Shown: positions 28,565-39,932, numbered from the stretch's first letter. The stretch is DNA of 64,000 bases from Clostridia bacterium (GCA_017501245.1 JAFVXI010000030.1:7821-71820), one strand, 5' to 3'. A program made the numbers and translations. Notes: generated by a model from the sequence alone, not told the origin.

Positions 28565-29647
28565 ATGCAGGAAAATTCTAAGAACATAACCAACGAGCGT
28601 ATTCCAACCGCTCTTTCAACCTCTGATTTCTATTACGATCTGCCCGAGGAGCTTATTGCTCAGTCGCCCTGCGAGGAGCGTGACGGCTGCCGTATGATGG
28701 TCCTTGACCGTAAGAGCGGCAAGCTCGAGGATAGGATTTTCAGAGATATAATAGACTACCTTAACCCCGAGGACGTCATCGTTGTTAACTCCTCGAAGGT
28801 CATCCCCGCGCGCCTCCTCGGCAAAACCGACAAGACGGGCGCGGACATCGAGCTTCTCCTTCTCCGCACCACCGAAACGGGTGAGTGGGAGACCCTCGTT
28901 CGCCCGGGCAAGCGTGCTAAGGTCGGCGCCTCATTTACGTTTGGGGGCATCCTCTCTGCTGTGGTCACCGACGTCGTCGAGGGGGGGAACAGGCTCGTCA
29001 GATTTGACTACGATAAAGAAAAATATAAGAGCATCTACGAGGTCCTCGACGTCGTAGGAAATATGCCCCTCCCCCCCTACATCACCAAAAAGCTCGAGCG
29101 CCGTGAGGACTATCAGACCGTCTACGCTCGCACCGAGGGCTCTGCCGCCGCTCCGACCGCAGGCCTCCATCTCACGACCGAGCTTCTCGAGCGCATCAAG
29201 GCAAAGGGCGTCGGCTACGTTGAGGTGACACTCCACGTCGGTCTCGGCACCTTCCGCCCCGTCAAGGTGGACAAGATCGAGGAGCATCTGATGCACTCCG
29301 AGCATATAGAGGTGGACGAGGCGTCCGCCGCCGAGCTTAACCGTCGCCGCAAGGCGGGAGGCAGGATCATCGCCGTCGGCACGACCTCCTGCCGTGTTCT
29401 CGAAAGCGTCTCGGACGAAAATGGCATCATCCACCCGACAAGCGCAGAAACAGCCATCTTCATCTACCCGGGCTACACCTTCAAAGCCACAGACGCTCTC
29501 ATAACCAACTTCCACCTCCCCGAATCCACCCTCATAATGCTCGTCAGCGCCCTCGCCACCAAAGACCTCACCATGAAGGCGTATAAGGAAGCGGTAGAGA
29601 AGAGGTATAGGTTCTTTTCCTTCGGCGACTCCATGTTCATTCAATAA
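28565..29647 (+). CDS. queA: SAM:tRNA ribosyltransferase-isomerase
   Basis: [50 protein letters not shown]. Confidence 0.97.
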   Translation: MQENSKNITNERIPTALSTSDFYYDLPEELIAQSPCEERDGCRMMVLDRKSGKLEDRIFRDIIDYLNPEDVIVVNSSKVIPARLLGKTDKTGADIELLLLRTTETGEWETLVRPGKRAKVGASFTFGGILSAVVTDVVEGGNRLVRFDYDKEKYKSIYEVLDVVGNMPLPPYITKKLERREDYQTVYARTEGSAAAPTAGLHLTTELLERIKAKGVGYVEVTLHVGLGTFRPVKVDKIEEHLMHSEHIEVDEASAAELNRRRKAGGRIIAVGTTSCRVLESVSDENGIIHPTSAETAIFIYPGYTFKATDALITNFHLPESTLIMLVSALATKDLTMKAYKEAVEKRYRFFSFGDSMFIQ

Positions 29648-29656
29648 ATCACCGAT

Positions 29657-29815
29657 AGCTTCGTTGTCGGGCGACGCCCTCGGCTCGGAGTAGGTTTCTA
29701 CACCGTCGCCTCGCTTGCGCCCTTACGCCTTGCTCTAGGCGATTTATTGTAATGAACAGCTGATTGTATAAATCGCCGTATACTTCGTTAAAGCGTCGAC
29801 TTGTCGCCCTCAGAG
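29657..29815. repeat. Dispersed REP/MITE-like element (GTAGGTWWCTAC family)
   Basis: CTCGGAGTAGGTTTCTACACCGTCG and CTTCGTTAAAGCGTCGACTTGTCGCCCT match the 125-bp unit at 35692-35975. Confidence 0.7.
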
Positions 29816-29957
29816 CAGGGAAGAGTGGTCCGATTATTCGCTTAATCCGACTACTATTATTTACATATTTATGCGTTTTGTACGCTGATCATCGTTTTTT
29901 AAGGCTCATCAAGTGAGCTTTGCATATTAAAAAAAGAAATGCAAAAGAGGAGGCTGG

Positions 29958-31229
29958 ATGAAAAGACTGACAGATCTTAAATATATAGCCGCTCTTCTTT
30001 TTGCGTTATCTATGCTCCTTATGCTTTCGGGCTGTGATTTTGGCGGCACGGGTGACGAAAAGGGCATAAATGCCACCCTTCACGGCGTAGGGGTTGCTAA
30101 TTCCCCCGAGGAAAACACGAGAGCCCTGCAGGCGCTCGTCGATAGCCTTGCTGCGGATGGCGGTGGCACCGTGTATATCCCAAGCGGAGTTTATCGCTTC
30201 GCCGCAGGCGGCAGCCAGACCATAGGTCAGCACGCCATCAAGCTGCGCTCGGGCGTTTCCTTCGTCGGTGACGGAGAGTCCACCGTGCTTATGCCCGTCG
30301 GTGAATCATACTACGGGCTCGATATGTTTTACTTCAACGATCTCTTGGACGTCGGTGAGCCGATCTATCTTGAAGGCTGTTCCTTCGAGGGCTTTGTGAT
30401 CGACGGAGCCGAAACCTCCTCCGAGGTCTACACCTCGGCAGGCAAGGGCTTTATGATAAATCTGTTTTCAGATTGCCACCTCAAGGACGTAACGATCAAA
30501 AACACCGATGCCACGGGCTTCGGCATTGACTGTCCCATAAACAGCAGCATTCGGGGCTGTACGGCGATAGCCTGCGGCAAGGCTGCAACCGAGGATCAGC
30601 CCGGCGCATCAGGCTTCGGCATCGGCTACGGCTACTCCCCGGACGAGAGCCTGACCATCTCCGATTGCTCCGCCTACGATAGCAGGCGCTTCGGCTTCTT
30701 CTTCGAGCATCAGGGCAGGTTTAACAGCTCGCTCTATTCGGCTCTGCCCGGACAGGGCGCCTTCACAGTGACCTCGTCAAGCTCCTCGGGCGATCTCTAT
30801 GGCTTCGGCGGTATTGCCGCCGCTTCGGTTTCGTATATAGGCTGTAATTCCATAGCCGCCCGTCGCTCTGGCTTCTATTTCGAGGATTCCGTCGGCTGCT
30901 CCGTCAGCTCATCAGCCACAAGCGGCGCAGGTCAATGCGGGCTTTCGATCCTTGCTACCGGGCGTGAAGCATACCTCGGCGAGCCCTCCCTAAGCGTGGT
31001 CGGACTAGATATAAAGGCATCTCCTACGGCGGTCTCCATACTCTCCGAGGGCGAGGCAAGGCTCGCTTCTATCTCCCTTTCATCCGTTGACGTAAACGGC
31101 GCCACCGTGGGAGTATTCTCACGGGCAAGCATCTGCCGCCTCGTCATCGACCCCACACTGTACACATCGCAGAAAAACGATATTGACACCTCACGCATCG
31201 GCGAGCTGACTACCGACCAAGCGGCTTGA
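29958..31229 (+). CDS. Lipoprotein with right-handed beta-helix (pectate lyase superfamily-like) domain
   Basis: LSGC lipobox; NTRALQALVD..GGGTVYIPSGVY..IKLRSGVSFVGDGESTVL. Confidence 0.75.
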   Translation: MKRLTDLKYIAALLFALSMLLMLSGCDFGGTGDEKGINATLHGVGVANSPEENTRALQALVDSLAADGGGTVYIPSGVYRFAAGGSQTIGQHAIKLRSGVSFVGDGESTVLMPVGESYYGLDMFYFNDLLDVGEPIYLEGCSFEGFVIDGAETSSEVYTSAGKGFMINLFSDCHLKDVTIKNTDATGFGIDCPINSSIRGCTAIACGKAATEDQPGASGFGIGYGYSPDESLTISDCSAYDSRRFGFFFEHQGRFNSSLYSALPGQGAFTVTSSSSSGDLYGFGGIAAASVSYIGCNSIAARRSGFYFEDSVGCSVSSSATSGAGQCGLSILATGREAYLGEPSLSVVGLDIKASPTAVSILSEGEARLASISLSSVDVNGATVGVFSRASICRLVIDPTLYTSQKNDIDTSRIGELTTDQAA

Positions 31230-31318
31230 CAGTCACGACGCAAATATAGCAAAAACGACAACAACTATTGTCATTTATACACCTAAACGCATCTAAATCC
31301 GGATAAAGAGAGGTAGCT

Positions 31319-32359
31319 ATGGCTTCATCTATTAAAAACAGAAACGGAAACAACAAGGTTTTGATAATTTACACGGGTGGCACCATAGGCATGAAAAGGA
31401 CGCCCCACGGCTACACCCCCTCGCCCGGCTTTTTTGCCGAGGCTGTTGCCGCCATTCCGGATATGACGAGGGAGGATTTCCCGGATTTTGAGCTGGTGGA
31501 GCTTTCCCCCTTGCTCGACTCCTCGGATATGGCGCTCTCGGATTGGAACAAGATAGCCTCCGTCATCTACGAGGGCTACGACAGATATGCGGGCTTCGTC
31601 GTCCTGCACGGCACCGACACTATGGCATACACGGCTTCGGCTCTCTCCTTCATCCTCGACGGACTCGACAAGCCTGTTATCCTCACGGGCTCGCAGATCC
31701 CCCTCTCCGAGCTTCGCTCCGACGGGCGTGACAACCTTATTACCTCGGTTATGATCGCCGCTGATGGCGTCGTCAGAGAGGTTGCGCTCTATTTCTCGGG
31801 CAGGCTTCTACGTGGAAACCGTGCGATGAAGATGAGCGCCGACGGTCTTATAGCCTTCGACTCGCCGAACTATCCGCACCTCGCCGAGGTCGGCATATCT
31901 ATTCGCTATAACTATCCTGCCCTGAGGCAGGGCGGCACAAAGCCGCTGACATTCCGCCCCTTCTCCGAGCTTCCGATCGGCGTTCTCAAGGTTTTCCCCG
32001 GTATTCAGTTTGGGCTCTTTGAGGATATAATGGCGGACAAGCTCTCGGGCATCGTCCTTGAGACCTTCGGCGCAGGAAATATCCCCGGCGGTGGCGACAG
32101 GCTCCTGCCCATCATCAAAAAGGCGTTCAACAACGGCGCAGTGGTCGTCGTCTGCTCTCAATGCCCCTCCGGCACGGTCACCCTCGGTGCCTACGAAAGC
32201 TCCTCGGCTCTTAAAAATGCCGGAGCCGTCAGCGGCAGAGATATGACAACCGAGGCAGCCGTAGCAAAGCTCTATCATCTCTTCAGCCTCGGCATCCCAA
32301 AGGATGAGATCAAGCGCCTCATCGAAAGAGATCTCGCAGGCGAGCTGTCCGAGCTTTGA
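31319..32359 (+). CDS. ansA: Type I L-asparaginase
   Basis: IYTGGTIGM, HGTDTMAY, LTGSQIP, FDSPN, DMTTEAA. Confidence 0.93.
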   Translation: MASSIKNRNGNNKVLIIYTGGTIGMKRTPHGYTPSPGFFAEAVAAIPDMTREDFPDFELVELSPLLDSSDMALSDWNKIASVIYEGYDRYAGFVVLHGTDTMAYTASALSFILDGLDKPVILTGSQIPLSELRSDGRDNLITSVMIAADGVVREVALYFSGRLLRGNRAMKMSADGLIAFDSPNYPHLAEVGISIRYNYPALRQGGTKPLTFRPFSELPIGVLKVFPGIQFGLFEDIMADKLSGIVLETFGAGNIPGGGDRLLPIIKKAFNNGAVVVVCSQCPSGTVTLGAYESSSALKNAGAVSGRDMTTEAAVAKLYHLFSLGIPKDEIKRLIERDLAGELSEL

Positions 32360-32630
32360 TCGCCGCATCTATATTTTGCTTACGGCTGTGCATCTGCAAG
32401 CCATCATCACGGCTTACGCTCTGTATCTCCGAGCCTTGACATAGGACTTATGTCTCTCAAGGCTCACGTCTTTTCGGCACCTATAAAAACAGTTCCTTAA
32501 AGCTCGCGGTTTTTTGGTGTCTACGAGCAACCCTCTAAGCGACGATCGCCAATATAGCGGGCTATAACGAGCGATATATTAAAAAAGTAAACAAAACATG
32601 ACATTATAAGTATAATAGAAGGGAAGCACA

Positions 32631-33446
32631 ATGGATTTTTGCTGTCCGATATGCCGCCTTCCTCTCATCGAGGAGGAAGGAAGAATAAAAAAATGTGCCG
32701 TCGGCCATTCCTTTGACCGAGCTAAGGCAGGCTACTATAACCTCCTTATCGGGCAGGGCTCCGGCACCCACGGCGACAACCGTGAAATGGTTGAAGCAAG
32801 GCGCGATTTTCTCACCCGTGGTCACTATTTGCCCCTTGCTGAGCATATCTCGAGGCTCATCTCGATCCATCTTGCGCCCGAAGGCTCGCTCATCGACCTC
32901 GGAGCAGGCGAGGGCTATTATACCGATCTCGTTGAGCGCACGGTTTTCGATAGAGACGGCTCCTCAAACGTCCTTGCGTTAGATATATCAAAGGATGCTA
33001 TCAAGCACCTAGCTAAAAGAAATCAGAGGATCAGCACGGCGGTTGCCTCCTCCTACGACATACCCGTAGCCGATGCGTCGGTGGATCTCGCCCTCCTCGT
33101 TTTTTCACCCCTCGCCCTCTCGGAGATACGCCGTATACTGAGGCCCCGTGCTAAGTTTATTATGGTTTTCCCGGATGAGATGCACCTCTTTGGGCTTAAG
33201 TCTGCTATCTACAAGACCCCGTATAAAAACAAGCCCGAGCCGACCGACATCGAGGGCTTCACCCTCCTCACCGACGACAAGCTATCCTATGAGATCACGC
33301 TCAGGGGCAGAGAAGAGATCGAGAGCCTCTTTATGATGACCCCTTACGCCTACCGCACCTCAAAGGAGGACAAGGAGCGCCTCTATTCAAACGACGTAAT
33401 AACCACCGAGGTCGCCTTCCGCATCCTCGTTTATCAGAAGTCGTGA
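32631..33446 (+). CDS. rlmA: 23S rRNA guanine-N1 methyltransferase RlmA-like
   Basis: CPIC...C..GHSFDRAKAGYYNLL zinc finger, DLGAGEGYY, LFMMTPY. Confidence 0.85.
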   Translation: MDFCCPICRLPLIEEEGRIKKCAVGHSFDRAKAGYYNLLIGQGSGTHGDNREMVEARRDFLTRGHYLPLAEHISRLISIHLAPEGSLIDLGAGEGYYTDLVERTVFDRDGSSNVLALDISKDAIKHLAKRNQRISTAVASSYDIPVADASVDLALLVFSPLALSEIRRILRPRAKFIMVFPDEMHLFGLKSAIYKTPYKNKPEPTDIEGFTLLTDDKLSYEITLRGREEIESLFMMTPYAYRTSKEDKERLYSNDVITTEVAFRILVYQKS

Positions 33447-33605
33447 GCGACAGCCGATAGCTTCTTTTATCGGCTCTCAATTCCCCACGCCCCCTTCGGC
33501 TCAGCCCCACCCGAGCACCTTAGCTCGCCTGTCGGCTCTATCCGACACGCACCGGGTGCCAAGGAGGCATTCCCTCAAAACACCCTAAAAAAGGAGACAC
33601 GGGTT

Positions 33606-34043
33606 ATGAATTTATCCCATGGAAAATACCTCGCCGTTGACTATGGCGACAAGCGCACGGGCCTTGCGGACTGCGACCCCTCGGGCATGCTTGCCAGCGG
33701 CATCGGCACCATCTCGGAGAGCGGAATGACAAAGACCGCCGAGCGAGTTGCCCTCGAGGCGAAAAACCGCAGCTGCAAGAGGATCATCGTCGGCCTGCCT
33801 AAGAATATGGATGGCACCGAGGGTGAGCGTGCGGGAGTTATCCGCCTCTTTGCGGATATGCTGAGGGGCATGACGGATATCCCCGTTGAGCTATACGACG
33901 AGAGGATGACTACTATGGTCGCCTATCGCTATCTCGATGCCTCCGGCACCTTCGGCAAAAAGCGTAAGGGCGTCGTAGACACCCTCTCCGCCGAAATAAT
34001 CCTTCAAAACTATCTCGATAGAGAAAGAGCCTTAAATAAGTAA
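33606..34043 (+). CDS. ruvX: YqgF/RuvX-family nuclease
   Basis: LAVDYGDKRTG, VGLPKNMDG, DERMTT, VDTLSAEIILQNYL. Confidence 0.93.
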   Translation: MNLSHGKYLAVDYGDKRTGLADCDPSGMLASGIGTISESGMTKTAERVALEAKNRSCKRIIVGLPKNMDGTEGERAGVIRLFADMLRGMTDIPVELYDERMTTMVAYRYLDASGTFGKKRKGVVDTLSAEIILQNYLDRERALNK

Positions 34044-34058
34044 ACTAAACTTGACATA

Positions 34059-35303
34059 ATGGAGAAAAACACAATGGATTTCCTTAGCTTTGTTGAGAAA
34101 AAGGAAGAGAAAAAATATGAGGAGGTCATTCTCTGCAAGTTCGGAGAGGTCATCCTCAAGGGCGCAAACAGAATGAACTTTGAGTCCATGCTCGTAAAGG
34201 AGCTGCGCCGCAGAGCCTGCCCCTTTGGAGCCTTTAAGATATACGTAAAGCAGTCGACGATCTACGTCGAGCCCCTCTCGCCCGACTGCGATATGGACGG
34301 TATGTATAACGTCGCTAAGCGTGTGTTCGGCATCATCGCCGTAAACCGTGCCGCCGTTTGCGAAAAGAATATCGACGCTATCCGCGAGATGGCGGCTATC
34401 TACCTGCCCGACAAGCTCTCGGGCAAGCGCTCCTTCAAGGTTGAGGCAAAGCGCTCGGATAAGAAGTTTCCCCTCACCTCGCCCGAGATCTCAAGGGAGA
34501 TCGGCGGCGTCATCCTCTCCAAGGTCAGAGGCATTAAGGTAAACGTCAAGGAGCCCGACGTCGTCGTTACCGTCGAGGTGAGAGACGAGCATGCATACAT
34601 CCGTGCAGGCCAGGAGCCGGGTGCCGGAGGTCTGCCCCTTCGCTCGGCAGGCAGGGGACTTCTTCTGCTCTCGGGCGGCATCGATTCACCCGTCGCGGGC
34701 TGTATGATGGCGAAAAGAGGTATGGAGATCGAGGCTCTGCACTTCGAGTCCTTCCCCTACACCTCTGAGCGTGCGCACGAAAAGGTGATGAAGCTCGCAG
34801 AGGAGATGTGCGAGTTCTGCGCCAGGATCCACGTCCACGTCATCTCTCTTACTCACGTGCAGGAGGAGATCCGCGACAGATGCAACGAGGACTACTTCAC
34901 CCTCATCCTGCGTGTCTTTATGATGCGTCTTGCAGAGAGGTGCGCAAGAGAATATAAGTGCGGCGCACTCATCACGGGTGAGTCGCTCGGTCAGGTCGCC
35001 TCACAGACGCTCGCCGCCATCGGCGTAACCGACTCCGTGGTGGATATCCCCGTTTTCCGCCCCTGCATCGGCATGGATAAAAACGAGATCGTCATCGAGG
35101 CAAGGCGCTACGGCACCTTTGAGACCTCTATCCTCCCCTTTGAGGATTGCTGCACCGTTTTCACCCCTCGCCATCCAAAGACGCAGCCTAAGCGTGAGGA
35201 CGTTATGCACGAGATAGAAAAGCTCGACTTCGACGCTCTTATGGAGGAGGCTTATTCCTCTATGACGACCGAAACCAAGCTCGTTTTCCCCGAGTATAAG
35301 TAA
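34059..35303 (+). CDS. thiI: tRNA 4-thiouridine synthase
   Basis: GEVILKGANR, THUMP domain, LSGGIDSPV PP-loop, TGESLGQVASQT, EDCC. Confidence 0.95.
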   Translation: MEKNTMDFLSFVEKKEEKKYEEVILCKFGEVILKGANRMNFESMLVKELRRRACPFGAFKIYVKQSTIYVEPLSPDCDMDGMYNVAKRVFGIIAVNRAAVCEKNIDAIREMAAIYLPDKLSGKRSFKVEAKRSDKKFPLTSPEISREIGGVILSKVRGIKVNVKEPDVVVTVEVRDEHAYIRAGQEPGAGGLPLRSAGRGLLLLSGGIDSPVAGCMMAKRGMEIEALHFESFPYTSERAHEKVMKLAEEMCEFCARIHVHVISLTHVQEEIRDRCNEDYFTLILRVFMMRLAERCAREYKCGALITGESLGQVASQTLAAIGVTDSVVDIPVFRPCIGMDKNEIVIEARRYGTFETSILPFEDCCTVFTPRHPKTQPKREDVMHEIEKLDFDALMEEAYSSMTTETKLVFPEYK

Positions 35304-35374
35304 AAACTCCCCATCTCAGCCGCCCGTCCGCACCTGCCCGAAGCCGCAAACCTGAACTTCCTCGAAGAATGTTC

Positions 35375-35403
35375 TTGACAAGCTTCTTATAATATGCTAA
35401 AAT
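35375..35403 (+). promoter_or_regulatory. SigA promoter of the valS leader
   Basis: TTGACA (35375) N17 TAAAAT (35398) with extended TG. Confidence 0.75.
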
Positions 35404-35409
35404 ATATCG

Positions 35410-35674
35410 ACCCCGAGGAGGAGTAATATATAGGAACGCTAAAGAGAGAGCGCGGTCGGTGTGAGCGCTTGCGTGCCGTGTATGAAGGTAGCCTCGCTGT
35501 ATCCGAGAAGAACGGTGGCATATAGCCGCTCACTAGACCTCGGCGTCCGCCGCGCCCGGCGAGAAATAAGGGAAGCCAAGCTTCCGAACCTTGGGTGGTA
35601 CCGCGTTACTAACGCCCCGAGAGATCAGGTATGGATGATATCTCATGCCGTGATTTTCTCGGGGCTTTCTTTTT
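35410..35674 (+). ncRNA. T-box riboswitch (Val)
   Basis: AGAGA box, specifier GTA at 35488-35490, T-box AACCTTGGGTGGTACCGCG at 35587-35605, terminator GCCCCGAGA...TCTCGGGGC plus T-run; upstream of valS. Confidence 0.92.
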
Positions 35675-35975
35675 GGGATAAACCGTCCACAGCTTCGTTA
35701 AAGCTTCGGCTCGTCGCCCTCGGAGTAGGTATCTACACCGTCGGGCTTCTCGCTCGCTTTGCCTTGCTGTAAACACTTTCTCCTGCAAAACGAGTTTTTT
35801 GGATAAGCTGTCTACGGCTTCGTTAAAGCTTCGGCTTGTCGCCCTAGGAGTAGGTATCTACACCGTCGGGCTTCTCGCTCGCTTTGCCTTGCTGTAAACA
35901 CTTTCTCCTGCAAAACGAGTTTTTTGGATAAGCTGTCTACGGCTTCGTTAAAGCTTCGACTTGTCGCCCTAGGAG
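35670..35975. repeat. Tandem repeat, about 2.4 x 125 bp (GTAGGTATCTAC family)
   Basis: GCTTCGTTAAAGCTTCG starts at 35692, 35817, 35942. Confidence 0.93.
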
Positions 35976-35980
35976 CTTGC

Positions 35981-36096
35981 ATACAGCGACAACTGTCGCT
36001 GATGATATACACGACTAAGGTCGTGATGATATGCACTCACAAAGTGAGTGATGATATACAGCGACGGACGTCGCTGTATATCAGGCTGAAGCGCCT
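35981..36096 (+). repeat. Array of 4-5 hairpins joined by GATGATATRC linkers
   Basis: AGCGAC-AACT-GTCGCT, ACGAC-TAAG-GTCGT, ACTCAC-AAA-GTGAGT, AGCGAC-GGAC-GTCGCT. Confidence 0.9.
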
Positions 36097-36193
36097 ATGA
36101 GATGCTGCGTGCCTGTCCGCTCGGGATAGCACGCACCCCATACCCCCGTAAGATTATTTAATTTGCCGGAAAACGGCGAAAGGATATAGAAAA

Positions 36194-38830
36194 ATGAGAA
36201 AAGAACTTGCTAAAAACTACGATCCTAAGGAGTTTGAGGAAAGGGTCTATTCAGAGTGGTGCGAGAAGAACTATTTCGCTCCCGATCCCGACCCCAAAAA
36301 GCCCGCCTTCTCCATCGTTATCCCCCCTCCAAACGTAACCGGTCAGCTTCATATGGGTCACGCTCTTGACCAGACCCTCCAGGATATCCTCGTGCGCACC
36401 AAGCGTATGCAGGGCTTCTCGACCCTTTGGGTCCCCGGCACCGATCACGCCGGCATCGCAACGCAGATCAAGGTTGAGGAAAATCTCCGTGTCAACGAGG
36501 GCCTCACCAGATACGACCTCGGCAGAGAGAAGTTCCTTGAGCGTGTCTGGGCATGGAAGGAGCAGTACGGCAACCGTATCATCAGCCAGCTCAAGAAGCT
36601 CGGCTCCTCCTGCGACTGGTCCCGTGAGCGCTTCACGATGGACGAGGGCTGCTCGAGAGCCGTCCGCGAGGTGTTCGTAAACCTCTATAACAAGGGCCTC
36701 ATCTACCGTGGCTACCGTATCATCAACTGGTGCCCCCATTGTCTTACCGCACTTTCCGACGCCGAGGTCGAGTATAGCGAGCAGGCAGGCTCCTTCTGGC
36801 ATATCCGCTATCCCGTCGTAGGCTCCGACGAGTACGTGACCATAGCGACCACAAGACCCGAGACCATGCTCGGAGACACCGCCGTTGCAGTTCATCCCGA
36901 GGACGAGAGATACACCCACCTCGTGGGCAAGAAGCTCCTCCTCCCCCTCGTAAACAGAGAGATCCCCGTCATCGCCGACGAGTACGTTGAGCGCGATTTC
37001 GGAACCGGATGCGTCAAGATCACCCCCGCCCACGACCCCAACGACTTCGAGGTCGGCGGTCGCCACGATCTCCCCGTCATCAAGGTGATGAACGATGATG
37101 CCACCATCAGCGAGGAGTTTGGCGGCAAATATGCGGGCATGGACAGATACGAGGCACGCCGTGCCATCGTAAAGGATCTCGAGGAGGGCGGCTTCCTCGT
37201 CAAGATCGAGCCCTGCTCGCACAACGTCGGCACCTGCTATCGCTGCAAGACCACCGTTGAGCCCCTCACCTCCGATCAGTGGTTCGTAAAGATGGCTCCC
37301 CTCGCTAAGCCCGCTCTCGAGGCCGTAGTCAGTGGCGACATCAAGTTCGAGCCCGAAAGGTTCTCTAAGACCTATATTAATTGGATGGAAAACTGCCACG
37401 ACTGGTGCATCTCCCGTCAGCTCTGGTGGGGCCACAGGATCCCCGCCTTCTATTGCGAGGAGTGCGGCCATATGGAGGTTTCCAAGACCGACATAACCGA
37501 GTGTCCCAAGTGTGGCGGCAAGGTAACGCAGGAGTCCGACGTGCTTGACACCTGGTTCTCCTCGGCTCTCTGGCCCTTCTCGACGATGGGCTGGCCGGAT
37601 AAGGATGCTCCCGACCTCGCAAGATATTTCCCAACCGACGTCCTCGTCACGGGCTATGACATCATCTTCTTCTGGGTTGCGAGAATGATCTTCTCCGCCC
37701 TTGAGCACACGGGCAAGAAGCCCTTCAGCACCGTATTCATCCACGGCCTTGTGCGTGATGCGCAGGGCAGAAAGATGTCCAAGTCGCTCGGCAACGGCAT
37801 CGACCCCCTCGAGATCATCGACAAGTACGGCGCAGACGCTCTCCGCTTCGCCCTCGCTACGGGCAACGCACCCGGAAACGATATGCGCTTCTCCGACGAG
37901 AAGATCGAGGCGGCGCGAAACTTCGCAAACAAGCTCTGGAACGCATCGAGATTCGTGCTTATGAACCTCACCGAGCCCGACGAGGAGCTGCTGGAGATGC
38001 CCGAGGAGAGCGAGCTTGAGCTTGAGGACAAGTGGATCCTCGAGCGCCTCAACGGAGTAGTCAAGTCGGTCAGAGCAAACGTAGATAACTACGAGCTTGG
38101 TATAGCCCTTGCGGAGATCTATTCCTTCACCTGGGATCAGTTCTGCGACTGGTATATCGAGATGGTCAAGGGACGCATCTTCGAGGGCGGCAAGAAGGCT
38201 CTTAACGCTAAGCGCATCCTCCTCAAGGTCCTCACTGACATCCTTAAGCTCCTCCACCCCTATATGCCCTTCATCACCGAGGAGATATATTCCGCAATTC
38301 CTCACTCCACCGAGAGCATCATGATCTCTAAGTATCCGGAATTTGACACGGGTATGGACTATAAGTGTGAGGAGGCAGACGTAGACAGGATAATCACTGC
38401 CATCGTTGCCATCCGTGCGCGCCGTGCGGAGATGAACGTTCCTCCCTCGAAGCGTGCTAAGCTCTTCGTAGTAACCAAGTATCAGGAGAGCTTCAAGAGC
38501 GCAGAGAAGATCCTTATGAAGCTTGCCTCCGCAAGCGAGGTAGAGCTTGTAGACGAGTATACCGCTGACGACGCCGTAATGATCGCGACCGATGCGGGCA
38601 ATATGTATATTCCTCTCGCCGAGGTCATCGACTTCGAGAAGGAGCGCGCAAGACTCACCGCCGAGATGAAGAAGAATGAGGGCGAGATCGAGCGCATCGA
38701 GAAGAAGCTTTCTAACGAGGGCTTCGTTTCCAAGGCTCCCGCCGCTGTCATCGAGGGCGAGAGAGCAAAGCTCCGCAAGTATCTCGACACCCGTGAGTCG
38801 CTCGCTCAGGCGCTCGCAAAGCTCGGCTGA
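36194..38830 (+). CDS. valS: Valine--tRNA ligase
   Basis: [31 protein letters not shown]-terminal coiled coil. Confidence 0.98.
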   Translation: MRKELAKNYDPKEFEERVYSEWCEKNYFAPDPDPKKPAFSIVIPPPNVTGQLHMGHALDQTLQDILVRTKRMQGFSTLWVPGTDHAGIATQIKVEENLRVNEGLTRYDLGREKFLERVWAWKEQYGNRIISQLKKLGSSCDWSRERFTMDEGCSRAVREVFVNLYNKGLIYRGYRIINWCPHCLTALSDAEVEYSEQAGSFWHIRYPVVGSDEYVTIATTRPETMLGDTAVAVHPEDERYTHLVGKKLLLPLVNREIPVIADEYVERDFGTGCVKITPAHDPNDFEVGGRHDLPVIKVMNDDATISEEFGGKYAGMDRYEARRAIVKDLEEGGFLVKIEPCSHNVGTCYRCKTTVEPLTSDQWFVKMAPLAKPALEAVVSGDIKFEPERFSKTYINWMENCHDWCISRQLWWGHRIPAFYCEECGHMEVSKTDITECPKCGGKVTQESDVLDTWFSSALWPFSTMGWPDKDAPDLARYFPTDVLVTGYDIIFFWVARMIFSALEHTGKKPFSTVFIHGLVRDAQGRKMSKSLGNGIDPLEIIDKYGADALRFALATGNAPGNDMRFSDEKIEAARNFANKLWNASRFVLMNLTEPDEELLEMPEESELELEDKWILERLNGVVKSVRANVDNYELGIALAEIYSFTWDQFCDWYIEMVKGRIFEGGKKALNAKRILLKVLTDILKLLHPYMPFITEEIYSAIPHSTESIMISKYPEFDTGMDYKCEEADVDRIITAIVAIRARRAEMNVPPSKRAKLFVVTKYQESFKSAEKILMKLASASEVELVDEYTADDAVMIATDAGNMYIPLAEVIDFEKERARLTAEMKKNEGEIERIEKKLSNEGFVSKAPAAVIEGERAKLRKYLDTRESLAQALAKLG

Positions 38831-39029
38831 TAGCTATATCACCACCCTCAAAGACTGATTTATCCCTGTGTATTGACATTAATAGTTGTCAAAAGCCTTC
38901 TTGCAAGCGCTAGTCAGGTCGCATTGGATAATATCTCTTTGATCGCAAAATAACATAAAAACGGCTCGGAGCAAAAAAGCTCCGAGCCGCATCCACCTCT
39001 TTGGGGCATCGCCCCGAGAAAGGGAAAAT

Positions 39030-39932
39030 ATGGAAACAAAGAAAAAGGACGAAATAACCGTCATTCATTCGGACAGCTACCCCGACACCGAGGAAAACAG
39101 AATAATTCACATCCCCGAGGGCATAGTGGAGATAGCCGAAAACGCCTTCAGAGAAAACGCAAGCCTTGAGGAGATCTACCTCCCGAGGAGCCTGAGACTC
39201 ATCTCGGCTTCGGCGTTTGCCGGCTGTGCGAGGCTTCGCCGCGTCGTCTTTTCGGATGGGCTTCGTGAGATAGGTGACGAGGCGTTTTCCTCCTGCCCGT
39301 CCATAACCGGCATATCTCTGCCCGACACGGTCTCGAGGATAGGTGAGGGTGCCTTTGAGGCATGTGCCTCGCTCACCTCGCTTAAGCTCTCCGAGTCGCT
39401 CTATATGGTCGGCTCAAACGCCTTTGCCTTCTGCTTTAACCTCACTCACGTCACCGTGCCCGACAGCTGCGTGCTGGTCGAGTTCTCCGCCTTTGCAAAT
39501 TGCTTCAGCCTTGAGTCTGTCAAGCTCTCTTCAAATATGACGCTTATCGACGACTCTACATTTGAAGGCTGCAGATCGCTAAAGGATGTCGATATGCCAA
39601 CAAAGCTTGTCAAAATCGGGCGTAAAGCCTTTGAGGGCTGCTCCTCTTTAGCCTCGCTTATTCTCCCCGTTGGAGTAAGGAGCATAGGCTATGACGCCTT
39701 CGTCGGCTGCTCCTCTCTTGTGCGCATAGCCCTGCCGAGGGCGCTCTCCGAGCCGCTTGACCCCGACGTCTTTCGTGGCTGCGAGTCACTCACCGACATC
39801 TCCTTCGGCGGCAGTGAGGACGAATGGGCGCACCTTGGCGGCAGCATCGGCGTAACGCACGACGATATGACCATACATTACCCGAGGGTAACAGCCCTCG
39901 ACCTTGATCTTAAAGGAGGCTCACTCTCTTGA
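39030..39932 (+). CDS. BspA/TpLRR-type leucine-rich repeat protein, no signal peptide
   Basis: 23-aa repeats of the form I..xAF.gC.sL..i.LP. Confidence 0.9.
   Translation: METKKKDEITVIHSDSYPDTEENRIIHIPEGIVEIAENAFRENASLEEIYLPRSLRLISASAFAGCARLRRVVFSDGLREIGDEAFSSCPSITGISLPDTVSRIGEGAFEACASLTSLKLSESLYMVGSNAFAFCFNLTHVTVPDSCVLVEFSAFANCFSLESVKLSSNMTLIDDSTFEGCRSLKDVDMPTKLVKIGRKAFEGCSSLASLILPVGVRSIGYDAFVGCSSLVRIALPRALSEPLDPDVFRGCESLTDISFGGSEDEWAHLGGSIGVTHDDMTIHYPRVTALDLDLKGGSLS

Noticed and set aside
35461-36036. Small ORFs over the T-box and repeats (also 16204-16545, 27202-27486, 48609-48812)
   Set aside because: They overlap RNA structure or repeat arrays and lack an RBS and coding-like composition
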